Positions 43,336-53,928 of a stretch of DNA of 64,000 bases are shown in pieces (position 1 is the stretch's first letter; each line of letters begins with the position of its first letter). A program made the position numbers and the translations under genes. Source of the stretch: Methanotrichaceae archaeon (GTDB lineage Archaea > Halobacteriota > Methanosarcinia > Methanotrichales > Methanotrichaceae); contig CAVVKN010000005.1 of NCBI GenBank assembly GCA_963748825.1, forward strand, positions 1 through 64,000, given 5' to 3'. A model generated the notes under the pieces. That model saw only the letters and a list, made by a program, of their open reading frames with translations. It did no database searches and was not told the DNA's origin.

Positions 43336-44130
43336 TCAAAGGTGCTCTGCAAGATCGGCCAGCGACTCCAGCACCATATCGGGCTTCACGCCGGTGCTTT
43401 TCGCAATCTCTTCTTGATACTTTCCCGTTTTGACCAGTATCCCCTGCATGCCCATCTCCTGGGCTCCAAGTACATCGGTCAAAATGTCATCTCCTATCAT
43501 GGCTGCATCTTCTGGCCTTATTCCCAGGTCGCTCAAAGCCAGTTGGAAGAATTGTCGCGAAGGCTTTCCCATCAGCTCCGCCTTCTTTCCTGTGGCATAT
43601 TCAAGAGCTGCAACAAAAGGACCCGTTGATAGGACCAGGCCTTGCGGCTCCATCCAGTATCTATCCTTCTCCAGTGCCAGGATCTCCGCTCCATCTAAAA
43701 TCAGGCGCAGGGCCTGGTTAAGGCGGTCGAAGGTAAAGCTGTTTCCGGCGTCTCCAATTACTACATAATCCACGTCGTCTTCACAGATGCTGATATCAGC
43801 ATCCTCAAAATCCCTGTGCACGTCTCCGGTGGTGAGAAGGAAGCATCTCTCTTTTCCTGATCTCTTCATTTTCTCGATGGCGGCCAGGGGTGGGGTGTAG
43901 ATGTGCTTGGCGGGAACACTGTATCCCAGGCCCTTGAGACGCTCTGAAACGGAGCTGCGACAGCGGCGTGTGGAGTTGGAGACGAAGCGGTAACCATATC
44001 CCAGCTCCGACACGCGCTGCAGGCATTCCCTGACTCCCGGAATAGGATTCTTGCCCATGTAAAGAACGCCATCCAGATCGACGAGAAATGCCCGGACAAC
44101 GTTTGGAATTTTCGGTTGGTTTGAAGACAC
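43336..44130 (-). CDS. HAD-superfamily subfamily IIA hydrolase
   Basis: DLDGVL, GKPS, MIGDD..TDV and VKTGKY motifs. Confidence 0.92.
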   Translation of the reverse strand: MSSNQPKIPNVVRAFLVDLDGVLYMGKNPIPGVRECLQRVSELGYGYRFVSNSTRRCRSSVSERLKGLGYSVPAKHIYTPPLAAIEKMKRSGKERCFLLTTGDVHRDFEDADISICEDDVDYVVIGDAGNSFTFDRLNQALRLILDGAEILALEKDRYWMEPQGLVLSTGPFVAALEYATGKKAELMGKPSRQFFQLALSDLGIRPEDAAMIGDDILTDVLGAQEMGMQGILVKTGKYQEEIAKSTGVKPDMVLESLADLAEHL

Positions 44131-44245
44131 GACCTCACCTCCGAGCTATTCCAAGATATATTTTGCGAAGATTACATTCAGTGCCAATGTCGTCCAAGAG
44201 TGGGCGCGCCTTTGATAAAGCTGTAGTGCATAGAAGCCTCAACCG

Positions 44246-44908
44246 ATGTACGATTATCTCCTCAAATTGAGCACATGGGCTCTGCTCGCCCTGACGGCCA
44301 TCTGCATGATCTCTTCCGGCGCACAGTTTAACGGCACTACCTATCATCTAGGGGAAAGAGAGGCTCTGATCACTGTGCCCGTAAATGCCGGCCAGTTAAA
44401 TATCACACTTTCCGAGAAGACGGATAATATGACGCTCTTTGACGAATCAGGCAAGAACGTCACCTTCAATAGCAGCTATCGATTCTGGCGGGGAGACCAT
44501 ATCTACAGCCTGACCTTTGCGAGGCCCGTCACAGGAAGGCTGGTTTACACCATGCGTCTGCAGGGCCAGCAGTTCATTCTTCCCATTAGAGATCACGGCG
44601 GCCCGCTGCGCATAATTTTGCCGGCAGGCTTCACGACGGGAGAGCGCAGCTTGGGCGTAGCCCGGCCGGCGCCGGACGAATTCGTGGAGGATGATTCTGG
44701 CAGCATTCTCACCTGGAATAATACTACGCAAATCTCGTACATCGAGGTCAACTATTACCGGAGAGGCGCTCCCCAGGCATTGATGATTATTCTTGCCATA
44801 CTGGCTCTGACTGGCCTGGTCCTGCTGGCTCAGTACTACACGAGCATAAGAAAACTGAAGGCGGCCAGGATGGAGATGGAAAACGAGACGAATGGGAAAG
44901 ATCGCTGA
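44246..44908 (+). CDS. exported protein with C-terminal membrane anchor
   Basis: Signal peptide and C-terminal TM helix followed by a basic tail. Confidence 0.8.
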   Translation: MYDYLLKLSTWALLALTAICMISSGAQFNGTTYHLGEREALITVPVNAGQLNITLSEKTDNMTLFDESGKNVTFNSSYRFWRGDHIYSLTFARPVTGRLVYTMRLQGQQFILPIRDHGGPLRIILPAGFTTGERSLGVARPAPDEFVEDDSGSILTWNNTTQISYIEVNYYRRGAPQALMIILAILALTGLVLLAQYYTSIRKLKAARMEMENETNGKDR

Positions 44909-44940
44909 TGTCTTCGTGTGTTTTTTAGAATTGGGATGAA

Positions 44941-45864
44941 TTAGGACGGGTGGGCTGGCGGTATGCCCTCTGCCTCGAACTCCTTTTTAACGGCCTCTCT
45001 TATATCGCAGGCGATACTCTTAGCTACATTTCTGCCGGGAATGGTAACCTCCAGCCGGAGAGTCAGCTCCGAGTATCTGGAATTTGCAAGCTGCACGCTC
45101 ATGGGCTTGTCTTTGAACACCAGGGGGTGGCTCCTGGCATTCTTGAGGATGATCTCCCTGGCCCGATCGATGTCGGAAGCCTTTTCAAGGTCGAAGTCCA
45201 CCGCCCAAGTTATCTCCGGCTCCCTGATGGACCAGTTGATAATCGGCTCCATGCTTATGATGCTATTGGGGACAATGATTCTCTTATTATCTGTGGTTTT
45301 AATTACCGTATGCCTCAGTGTCAGGTCCTCCACCTGGCCGTATTCTCCTCTGAAATCAACCAAATCTCCCACTCGAATTGGCTGGAAGACTGCTATGAAG
45401 ATGCTAGATGTGAAATTAGAGAGAGAGTCCTTGGCGGCATAGCCGATGACAAGACCGGCAATGCCTGCGCCAGCGAGAATGGCTGTGACCAGGCTTTGGA
45501 GCTGCGGTATCTGAGAGATGATGAGCATCAGGCCGATTACGTAGATGGTGGCCGAAAGCAGCCTGCGCATCATGAGCTGCATGGTCTCGTCCATCTTCAT
45601 CTGAACTTTGCTCGCCACTGTGGGAATATAATTCACCAGCATGCGATCTAAGATGCGAGCGGTGTGACAAGTTAAAATCATAATCAATACTATAAAAGAT
45701 ACATTTAAAAAAATAGAAGCCAAATCTATGCTGCTGATGGTATTTGCCAAAATCTGAATAAAAACAAGGTCAACATGTCTGCCTGTCATTGAATCCACAG
45801 TCTTTTGAATCCAATTCGCCAGAAGAATCGGATCGGTTATGCCTGCCATTACTGTAAGATTCAT
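44941..45864 (-). CDS. mscS: MscS mechanosensitive channel
   Basis: GLVIGYAAKDSLSN, PIRVGD, G.VEDL.LR.T and IVPNS motifs. Confidence 0.92.
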   Translation of the reverse strand: MNLTVMAGITDPILLANWIQKTVDSMTGRHVDLVFIQILANTISSIDLASIFLNVSFIVLIMILTCHTARILDRMLVNYIPTVASKVQMKMDETMQLMMRRLLSATIYVIGLMLIISQIPQLQSLVTAILAGAGIAGLVIGYAAKDSLSNFTSSIFIAVFQPIRVGDLVDFRGEYGQVEDLTLRHTVIKTTDNKRIIVPNSIISMEPIINWSIREPEITWAVDFDLEKASDIDRAREIILKNARSHPLVFKDKPMSVQLANSRYSELTLRLEVTIPGRNVAKSIACDIREAVKKEFEAEGIPPAHPS

Positions 45865-45977
45865 CAGAGCTAGGAAAGGAAAAAGGATACATAAACGTTT
45901 CCGGACTTCTCGGGACAATACAGAGTTGCAGACGAAGCCGCAGATAGCCCAGGAGAAATTTGCTGAGATCCTCCATG

Positions 45978-46004
45978 CCCCGCGCAGCAAGCTGCGGGGT
46001 ATTC
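45978..46004. repeat. palindrome related to 9108-9130
   Basis: CCCCGCGCAGCAAGCTGCGGGGTATTC. Confidence 0.7.
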
Positions 46005-46313
46005 ATTTTTAAATGAACTATGCAGATGCGAAGGCATTCAAATCCGCCAGGGAAATCTTCGACTGCACTTGCGTAAAAGTCCCAGCAAAGGCGCAATTTC
46101 CACGATGAACAACGGATTAATTATCAATATTTTTTAAGTATTATTAAATCTCGGCCTAATCCAATAAAGGGAACAGAGCATTAATAGAGAAAAAATTAGG
46201 AGGATCATGTCCAGAAAACGCCCATGCCACATCATTTGCTATTTCTAGAATGATTCGACTTATTGCTACTCAATACGAAAACTTTATTACCTTGTAATAC
46301 ATACTGGTCGAAT

Positions 46314-46396
46314 GGAGAGCTGCAGCAGGACCTCCTTTACCCTTGATAAAAAACCTGTTGTAAGTCCCTGGCAAGTCTGCCACGCCAGGGCGCTCC
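46314..46396 (+). ncRNA. candidate structured sRNA with anti-SD loop
   Basis: Stems TGCAGCAGG/CCTGTTGTA (loop ACCTCC) and CCCTGGC/GCCAGGG, closed by GGAGAGC/GCGCTCC; TTTATTA box ~30 nt upstream. Confidence 0.4.
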
Positions 46397-46519
46397 TCTT
46401 CTGATTCTGAGATACACATCAGAAAAAAAGCTATTTTGATAGCGAATCTAAATTGGTCAAAACGGTAAATCCAAATGCCGAGGACTATGATCTTAGTCCT
46501 TATCCCTGTTAAAAATCAA

Positions 46520-46770
46520 ACTGCGTGCGGCCACCCCACCCTAAAGGGATGGGGTATGCTTCGGGCCGCACGCACGCCCGGTTAGCTGGAGATCAGAAAT
46601 CATCGAGCTTTCGTTGACCAGATCCCCTTGATCTGAATTATCGTAACTCTGTTTTCGGTTCCCAGAGAGTCCTTGTTAATCAATCTAAGAGAATGTGAAA
46701 ACCGGGCGAGGGTTCACTTCATCCCCAACCTGAAGGTTGGGGTATTCGTGACCCTCTGCACTCCCGATGT
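46520..46770. repeat. two IS200/IS605-end-like palindromic elements
   Basis: TGCGTGCGGCC-ACCCCACCCTAAAGGGATGGGGT-...GGCCGCACGCA and GAGGGTTCAC-...CCCCAACCTGAAGGTTGGGGTATTC-GTGACCCTC. Confidence 0.65.
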
Positions 46771-46858
46771 AATAAAAGGAGCTGTAGAGGTTATTGGTAT
46801 TTGAAGGGCGACCTTCGGAACGGGCACTTTCAGCGATGGATATGCGAAAGATACCAGT

Positions 46859-47014
46859 TTATATGACTTCCTCCCCACTGCCTTCGCGTTCCCAGGTATT
46901 TTTGCGATCAGCAAGTGCTTTATTCCAAAGATGCCTGCAAGTTTCCAGCGTTAAGGCCAATTGTACTTCCTGTTGTTTGTTTGGGTATAGCCTGAACTTG
47001 TAGGCAGTTTTTAT
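46859..47014 (-). pseudogene. tnpB: internally deleted IS605 tnpB (N-terminal HTH fused to a right-end-like sequence)
   Basis: KTAYKFRLYPNKQQ...LETCRHLWNKALADRK then AGTGGGGAGGAAGTCA. Confidence 0.8.
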
Positions 47015-47050
47015 ATTGATTTAGATATGGCAGGTGCATGCTATATTAAG

Positions 47051-47383
47051 TCAACATGAGCTTTGCAGGCAAATCTCAGGTTTCACAATCAGTTTATCTG
47101 CATTACCAAGCAAGCGCTCGAACTTCTTTATCTGGTCTATTCCTCTTGGAGTCGCTCTATGAACAATCTTAGATCCTTCAGTAACAACTTCAATGAACCC
47201 TTCATCGATTAGAAGCAAATACGATATCACTTTCATAGAATTCGGGCTGGATTGATGCATAATCCTCGTCTTACTCGCACCGTTTGCGCATGTCTTAAGA
47301 ATCCGTGATGCAACCAGATCGTTGGCTTTTGTTTTTGATCTCGTGTTCTTTCCCTCCTGCAAGTTATAATCACGAAAATTCAA
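47051..47383 (-). CDS. HTH_45-like wHTH protein, possibly degenerate
   Basis: ILKTCANGASKTRIM...HRATPRG; paralogous to 22337-22588. Confidence 0.6.
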   Translation of the reverse strand: MNFRDYNLQEGKNTRSKTKANDLVASRILKTCANGASKTRIMHQSSPNSMKVISYLLLIDEGFIEVVTEGSKIVHRATPRGIDQIKKFERLLGNADKLIVKPEICLQSSC

Positions 47384-48098
47384 TCGTCCGAGATAGGCTT
47401 CTTCAAATCCGAAATATCTTCATTCATGGCTGAGGCCATGTTCATGAAGGCCATTAGGATGCAAGCGGCCATTATTGCGAGCAGATATTTCGTAACCCAT
47501 CTCATAGATCATAGTACACTCTTTAAGAATCATATAGACGATTACGTATAGATCTGACTATAATACTGGACTGATCCTATCGAAACTATTTTACTTAACA
47601 CTGATTAGTACTTTTGTAAGGTGGTCCACGAAGATTCGCCTCTGAGTTGTAATAATACTATTCAAGCGGCAGAGGATTATGCATCTACGCGGCGGGGGCT
47701 CCAAGCCCCTCTGCCTTGCTCTCCCTGGCCAGCTCCCGGGCTCTGAAGCAGACCTCCAGGGAGGCCGCCATCTAGCTCTATGCGCGGCGCTGGACACTCA
47801 CCTGCAGAAGATTACCGAGCTGGCTAACCCTGGTGTTCTGCATCTACAGCGAGCCGTTGAAAGGCCGGGCGAAGCTAGAGGCGAGGATGCCGGGAGAGCA
47901 GAGGACGCTGGAGCGTACTCGTGAGGTAGCGATAGACAAGCACTGGAGGACCTCTGAATCTGATGGGGTTTTCTTCAATCGCCAGAGAGATCTATAAACA
48001 AAAAGTTTTAAGAAGAATCGCATACAAAATCAGCTTGTCCATCCGTGGGCTAATGCAATCAAAATCTTGTACCTAAAGGGGGTAAGAAGACGAATCAT

Positions 48099-50039
48099 TT
48101 GATTCTAATGGGCATAGCAGTTGTCATATCTGTGGCCACAGCAACCGTTCTGGTTGCTCCCATAGAAGCTGCACAGCCTTTGAACGGCTCAGAAAATAAC
48201 ACATCCCTAAACCTTGATCCGAGCAAGATCACCACAACATGGAATCTATCATTTCTCTATAAGGACAAGTACACTGCCAAGGCAGAGTATGAACGGCTGA
48301 ATATGACAGTAAATGAGATCAACCAGACCTTCCGGCCAAGGTTCAGCAATCTCACCGGAACAACCTTGCTTGATTATATCCAAAGCGATGAAAATTACTC
48401 AAAATCATTCAATGTTCTATATGCATATGCAAATGCGCAGAACAGCCTGGATGTTAATGACTTATTCTTCCAGGAATTCCTCTCAGACGTCCAGAATCTC
48501 TCTACAGAATATGTAAAGGCCAACTCCTTTGCCGATGTATTGCTGAAATCGCTTCCAAGATCAAAGTGGGACAAGCTATTTGCTGAGGAGCCGCGATTGG
48601 AAAAATACCGCTCCTATCTTGAGGCCAACTACATCCGATTTGTGGATCATCGCCCTAAGAATGAGACACATGCCGCATATCTAGCAGACCTCTCAAATCA
48701 GCTCATGAAACTTGATACCAACGCCGAGAAGCGGATCACCAATAATGTAACCCAAGCAGGGAACATAACTCTCGAAAACGGCGAGCAATACGCCGTTAAC
48801 TTCTCATCTTACTATGATCTTCTCATGACCAATATAGATAGGAATGATCGGAAGAAATGCTACGATAAACGTTATTACCATCTTTTCAATGAATCGAATG
48901 AAATGGGAGAGATCTATGTCATCAAATCAAAGCTCGATGATAAGTATGCGAGAGAGTTGAACTACTCAGATGCTTATGATGCCATGATGTTCGGCTCATA
49001 TCTCAATGCATCACAGATTGATGAGATGAACCAGGTACTCAAGGAGCGAAGAGGGGATTTCGATAGATATTATGAGTTCCGCACGGCCAAGATGGGTATC
49101 CGAGAGCTCGCACCCTATGACCTCTTCCTTCAGCTTATGAAGAATCCTGACAAGAAAACCAACTATACAGATGCCGTTGAGGAGATATACACATCACTTG
49201 CGTTGATGGACCCGGCATTCGATAAGGCGTTTATAAAGACAGTCACCAGCAATTCAATTGATGTTTATCCGAATCCCGATCATGGAAAACAGTCCATACA
49301 ATATGCTCAGGATCTATGTGCTCTGAAGCGCCCAGCGCTCGTATTCCTGAACTATAAAGGGCTGATAGATGACAAATCCACTATAGCTCATGAGATGGGC
49401 CATGCAATCGACTTCTATATCATGGGTCAGTCGCTGGATTACATCTACTGCGGTGGCACCATTTATGAGATGGAGATACCATCCACATTCAACGAGGAGC
49501 TCTTCATGGATTATGCAATCAAGAATTACGACAGAGATACCGCCATTGCAGTCTTGGCAAGTCATATCTACAATTATGCCAGAACAATGCCTCGCCAAGC
49601 CATGATCACTGAGTTTGAACATAAGGCCCATCAGCTTGTCAGTCAGAAGGGAAACGTCAGTGGCTCAGATATGAATGCTCTTTGGGACAGCATTGCAAAT
49701 GAATATAAGAGCGATAAAGTTGCCTACTACTCTAGGATTGAGCCTGAGTGGCCTTATATTAGCCATATCTACTTCACCGATAATTATTACACATTCAACT
49801 ATGCTCTCTCGGAGGCTATAACACTGTCACTCTTCAAGATATACAAGGAGAATCCGGAGGAGTTCAATAAGAACTATGTCGCATACCTATCTGCAGGCAC
49901 AACTATGACTCCGCCAGAGAAGCTCAAGAAATACTTCGGATTGGAGATCAACAGAAAGCTCTTCGAGGACGCCATGGACATAGTGAAGCTCAGGGTAAAT
50001 CAGCTGGAGGAACTGAACAACGAGACAAAATCAAATTAG
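48099..50039 (+). CDS. exported oligoendopeptidase F (M3B)
   Basis: TTWNLSFLY, AHEMGHA, EIPSTFNE and H.Y...YY.FNYA motifs; signal peptide. Confidence 0.92.
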   Translation: MILMGIAVVISVATATVLVAPIEAAQPLNGSENNTSLNLDPSKITTTWNLSFLYKDKYTAKAEYERLNMTVNEINQTFRPRFSNLTGTTLLDYIQSDENYSKSFNVLYAYANAQNSLDVNDLFFQEFLSDVQNLSTEYVKANSFADVLLKSLPRSKWDKLFAEEPRLEKYRSYLEANYIRFVDHRPKNETHAAYLADLSNQLMKLDTNAEKRITNNVTQAGNITLENGEQYAVNFSSYYDLLMTNIDRNDRKKCYDKRYYHLFNESNEMGEIYVIKSKLDDKYARELNYSDAYDAMMFGSYLNASQIDEMNQVLKERRGDFDRYYEFRTAKMGIRELAPYDLFLQLMKNPDKKTNYTDAVEEIYTSLALMDPAFDKAFIKTVTSNSIDVYPNPDHGKQSIQYAQDLCALKRPALVFLNYKGLIDDKSTIAHEMGHAIDFYIMGQSLDYIYCGGTIYEMEIPSTFNEELFMDYAIKNYDRDTAIAVLASHIYNYARTMPRQAMITEFEHKAHQLVSQKGNVSGSDMNALWDSIANEYKSDKVAYYSRIEPEWPYISHIYFTDNYYTFNYALSEAITLSLFKIYKENPEEFNKNYVAYLSAGTTMTPPEKLKKYFGLEINRKLFEDAMDIVKLRVNQLEELNNETKSN

Positions 50040-50084
50040 CGTATACTATTCGGATGTATTTTATCTCGGCGGGGATGAGTATGG

Positions 50085-50216
50085 GGGCGTCCCAGGAAAG
50101 ACAGAGATAACTTGGTTGGCAGGGCAGGCCGGCAAGCTATAGAGCAAGAAGATCTGTAGCGTGAGTCGCAGAAGTGGACGCGCAGGAAAGCGACGTTGGC
50201 CAGATTTGCGCAATGA
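50085..50216 (+). pseudogene. paralog of the small basic GRP protein at 12080-12244
   Basis: GRPRKDRDNLVGRAGRQAIEQEDL*RESQKWTRRKATLARFAQ*; the ATG at 50081 is out of frame by one base. Confidence 0.55.
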
Positions 50217-50244
50217 ATCGAAGAAGCTGAAAGGAGAGAATAAA

Positions 50245-50592
50245 ATGAGTGATGAAGCGGTTAAAGCAAGCATTTGCCCTGGTATGGGTGTGTGCCATTT
50301 GGAAACGGGCGTGCAGGCAATCATCCCCATGCAGATAGAGCCAGAAAAGATCGTGGAGGCACTAGATGCCATTCTAAACGCCATTAAGAACAATATCGCA
50401 GAGGGCATTGGTTGTTACCAAATAGCATGTATGATGTCGAACGACGTCGGCGCGATGTTGGTCGTAAGCACCGATACCGAGGAAGGTATGCCCGAAGCTC
50501 TTGACTCATTCCAAGCTGCGGCAAAGGCGTTTGCAGAGGGAGCGGGCAACGCAAAAGCTCAATGGGAAATGCAGAACAAGGACGTTACTTAG
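50245..50592 (+). CDS. hypothetical protein
   Basis: RBS AAGGAGAG before MSDEAVKASICPG. Confidence 0.65.
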   Translation: MSDEAVKASICPGMGVCHLETGVQAIIPMQIEPEKIVEALDAILNAIKNNIAEGIGCYQIACMMSNDVGAMLVVSTDTEEGMPEALDSFQAAAKAFAEGAGNAKAQWEMQNKDVT

Positions 50593-50629
50593 GCCCGCAA
50601 GATAATCTAGTAAATTCTTTTTTTGTGCC

Positions 50630-50880
50630 TAAACAGGGAAGCAGAGTACAACAAGAAGAAGTTTCCCGGTCTCGTCCACAGAGTCAAAGCCCCTAAAGCT
50701 GCTTTTCTCATATTCACTTACGGCAAGGTAGTATGCACCGGGTCCAAGAACGTCGAGGATGTTCGCACGGTTATCACCAACCTGGCCAAGACGCTCAAGT
50801 CCATCGGCTTCGAGAATATCAATATGGAGCCCGAGATCCAAATTCAGAATGTTGTGGCTTCTTACGACCTGAAGACCCGT
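50630..50880 (+). pseudogene. tbp: TATA-box binding protein fragment
   Basis: [29 protein letters not shown]...IQNVVAS.DL; lacks the N-terminus and most of the second repeat. Confidence 0.88.
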
Positions 50881-51705
50881 GTCAACTACCACGCCCTGAA
50901 GGACGTGGCTTGCGACTACGTAAAAAGTCGTGTCGCGTCTGGCGGGCTGACTAAACCGCCCTGAGACTCAAGGATATACCTCAAGTCTCGTGTTCGGTGC
51001 TCAATATTCATTGCACCAACTCTATCGGCATGGGTCTCATAACCGCATTTTTCGCATCGGAAGGATATGCCCTTCCGGTTATTTCGGCTGATGTGGTTAC
51101 ATCTTGGGCAGGTTTGGGAAGTAAATTCAGGATTCACGTAGATTACAGCTATCCCGGCTTCTTTGGCTTTGTATTCCACAAAGCCTTGTAGCTGTCGAAA
51201 TGCCCAACTGGAATGCTCCTACCTAAACTCTTTTGATACTTTGCTTTCCGTTCTCTTCCTAATACCTGTCAAATCTTCCATACCGATCACCGAGACTTCA
51301 TTTTGCATTGCGAACTGAACGAGTTTTTTAGATACATTATGATTTATGGCAGTCATAAACCGTGTCTCTCGATCAGATAACTTCTGTAGAAGTCTCATGC
51401 TAGATCGAGTGCCCAAATAGCGACCGCCCGCCTTCTGAAGTCTCCGGCGTTCCTTGGATCTAATGTTTCGGTGATTTTTAATCTCGCCGCCTGCAAAGAA
51501 TTTACATTCCTTGTCAGTCGTCGAGGCAACAGCTAGACAATTAATACCGACATCAACGCCCATGAAGGTAGTTGCATCAACTATATTCTTGTCTGGAATA
51601 TCCTTCTCACAGGCCAGATGGAAAAAGTAATCTCCGTCTTTGTGTAAACAAAGCTTGGACGCCAGATACTTCCAAGATCCGTCTAGGTATTTCTGAGCGT
51701 ACTGG
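50881..51705 (-). mobile_element. tnpB: IS200/IS605 tnpB element, 3' part with intact right end; tnpB pseudogene
   Basis: GVDVG, MEDL, TSQTCPRC..CEKC and HADRVGAMNI motifs; TAG at 51219-51221; right-end hairpin CCACGTCCTTCAGGGCGTGG-TAGTTGAC. Confidence 0.88.
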
Positions 51706-53041
51706 TAACTTGACTTACTCATATTAACTTTTCTTCCAGGGATTTTGGCACTCCAGATGCTAAGAATTGGCTCAATTCAAAACCAAACACTATGCATTTT
51801 GGACATATTAATCTGAGGGCATATTTGGTTAGCATATATTCTATCCAATATCATTATTATTAGGCCTGAGCACAACTATATTTGAATAAATATTTTCTGT
51901 CCCAAAGAGTCTCTTACGATTTATAATGAGATATCTTGGCACTATGCCTAGATATATATCTATCATTAATAAATTTAATTAGCTCTTTTTCACGATAATG
52001 TTTTCCTGGAAGATCATATTCCCGAGGATACACTGGAAGAGATGCAATTTGTGTCCAGAGTTCACCTCTTTCCGTATCTCTAACAAATATTCGAATCCAT
52101 TGTGAGGATGGAATCTGCGTCGCGATATCCTCAACAAGGACTGCAGAAGGTTCTCCATCCAATACCACGGTCTTGGTAGGACAGCGTCCATGGCGAGATT
52201 TTCTTTCCGGAATACCGATTTTAGGCTGTTTTAGCCAGACCCACGTATCGCGATGAATATCTGCGATGTAGATTATTCCTTCTGCATCCAGATCATTTCG
52301 AAGCCAAGGCAAATCACCATAGGCTGAATCCATGCCAACCCAGCCAAACGGCACTCCGTTATCTCTGGCATGAAGAATCATCTCTTTGGCAAGCTGAGCC
52401 TTATTTTTAAAGGTAACTTCATCAGGTACTCCTGCTTCTCTTCGGCGAAAGAGATCTTCTGCCCATTTTTTCGGCAAGTACAGACGCTCATCGATCAGAG
52501 TTCGGTTTCTTCCATTGACATATCCTAGAAAAACTCCGACCTGACAGTTATCAACTTTTCCCAATCTCCCGCAATACTGGCGAGTCACACCTACTGAATT
52601 TTCGCCCTGCTTCGGGAAGCAGGATTCGTCGATGTGAATGGAACCATTGATTTCGTTGCCAATCAACTTCGTTACGTCTTTTTGGATTTGATTCAAAATG
52701 AGATCATCTCTCCAGTGAGATTTTGAGATCATGTGTTGGAGAGATTGTTTGCTTGAGCCAGGGACTACTTGGGCGTATTTGCTCATATTTCCTCGTCCTC
52801 TCTCTAGAAATATACCACTTATGTATTGAAATACTCTATGGTCAATAGATCTGGTAGAGGTACGACAAAATATTTTATATTCGATTTTCAATCTCTTCAA
52901 AGTGCGACGAACCATTCGCAATTTTGCTTGCGAGAATTCAGGATTCAATTTCAGAATCATACCCCATTTTTTATATTATAGGGGCGTTATAGTAAATATA
53001 ATTAATTAGTAATAGTAACTGAATGTGAGGTAGTCAAGTTA
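51706..53041 (-). mobile_element. IS701-family element
   Basis: IRs TAACTTGACTTACTCATATT / AATGTGAGGTAGTCAAGTTA; truncates tnpB. Confidence 0.8.
51914..52960 (-). pseudogene. IS701-family transposase, apparently with a C-terminal internal deletion
   Basis: IDESCFPKQG.NSVGV.RQYCG.LGKVDNCQVGV and DSAYG present; no RW.IE-type motif seen. Confidence 0.75.
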
Positions 53042-53133
53042 GTGATGTCCTCATGATCTTCGAGAAATATGGATTGAAACGGCGGCGCGCACCCACGCAG
53101 CCTGCAACTTGGAAGTTATTACCGGTAATCAAC

Positions 53134-53928
53134 TCAAAGCACGTCCCTTACCCGGTCGTAGCTGAAGACCGGCCCGTCCTGGCAGGTATGATAGGGGCCG
53201 ATGGCGCAATGCTCGCATTTGCCCACGCCGCACTTCATGTGACGCTCTAGGGAGACGTAAATATCAGCCCGGTGAAATCCTCGATCCATGAGTTTCCCGG
53301 CCACGGCGTTTATCATCACCGGCGGGCCGCAGATGGCCGCAGAGCCGGGGGCCACGTCGAAGCTGTCGATGAGACTTGTGACTAGGCCTACATTTCCCTT
53401 CCAGGACTCGTCGCCGATGTCCACCGTCACCGCCACCTCCATGTCAGCCCTCTGCCAGCTCTTGTACTCCTGCATGAAGTAGAGGTCCTGGCGGGTCCGT
53501 GCTCCGTATGCTACGGCCACTTTGCCGAACTCCTCCCGCCGGTCGGCAATGTAGTTGATCAGCGATCGAAGAGTGGCAAATCCCGAGCCGCCACCGGCGA
53601 TGACCACATCCCTCATCATCCGGTCCAATGGAAAGCCGTTCCCGTAAGGGCCGCGTATTCCGACTACATCTCCGACCAGACAGTCCATGATCCCGCTCGT
53701 TACCTTTCCCGCCCTACGGATGCATAGCTGCAGGCTTCTTCTGGTAGGAGATGAGGCTATGGAGATGGGACATTCGCCCAGGCCGAAGACGGAGATCATC
53801 ACGAACTGACCGGGCAGATATCTGAAGTCCGCTCCCTCTTCGAGGAGCTCCAGTGTGATTAGGTAGGTGTTTGGAGACTCTATATCGATATCCACAATCT
53901 CTGCCTGCATGGGGATGTACTCGCTCAT
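53134..53928 (-). CDS. FAD/NAD(P)-binding subunit (AsrB/sulfhydrogenase gamma-like)
   Basis: PGQF, PISIAS, RGPYGNGF, GGSG, CGPP.M and MKCGVGKCEHC...CQDGPVF motifs. Confidence 0.92.
   Translation of the reverse strand: MSEYIPMQAEIVDIDIESPNTYLITLELLEEGADFRYLPGQFVMISVFGLGECPISIASSPTRRSLQLCIRRAGKVTSGIMDCLVGDVVGIRGPYGNGFPLDRMMRDVVIAGGGSGFATLRSLINYIADRREEFGKVAVAYGARTRQDLYFMQEYKSWQRADMEVAVTVDIGDESWKGNVGLVTSLIDSFDVAPGSAAICGPPVMINAVAGKLMDRGFHRADIYVSLERHMKCGVGKCEHCAIGPYHTCQDGPVFSYDRVRDVL

Noticed and set aside
47679-47956. GC-rich patch with short ORFs
   Set aside because: Probably a gene relic, but I could not recognise a family in any frame.
51219-51221. In-frame TAG codons (tnpB, 50157, ~9590) as pyrrolysine read-through
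   Set aside because: They fall in otherwise damaged relics, no pyl genes are in view, and ordinary nonsense mutation suffices.
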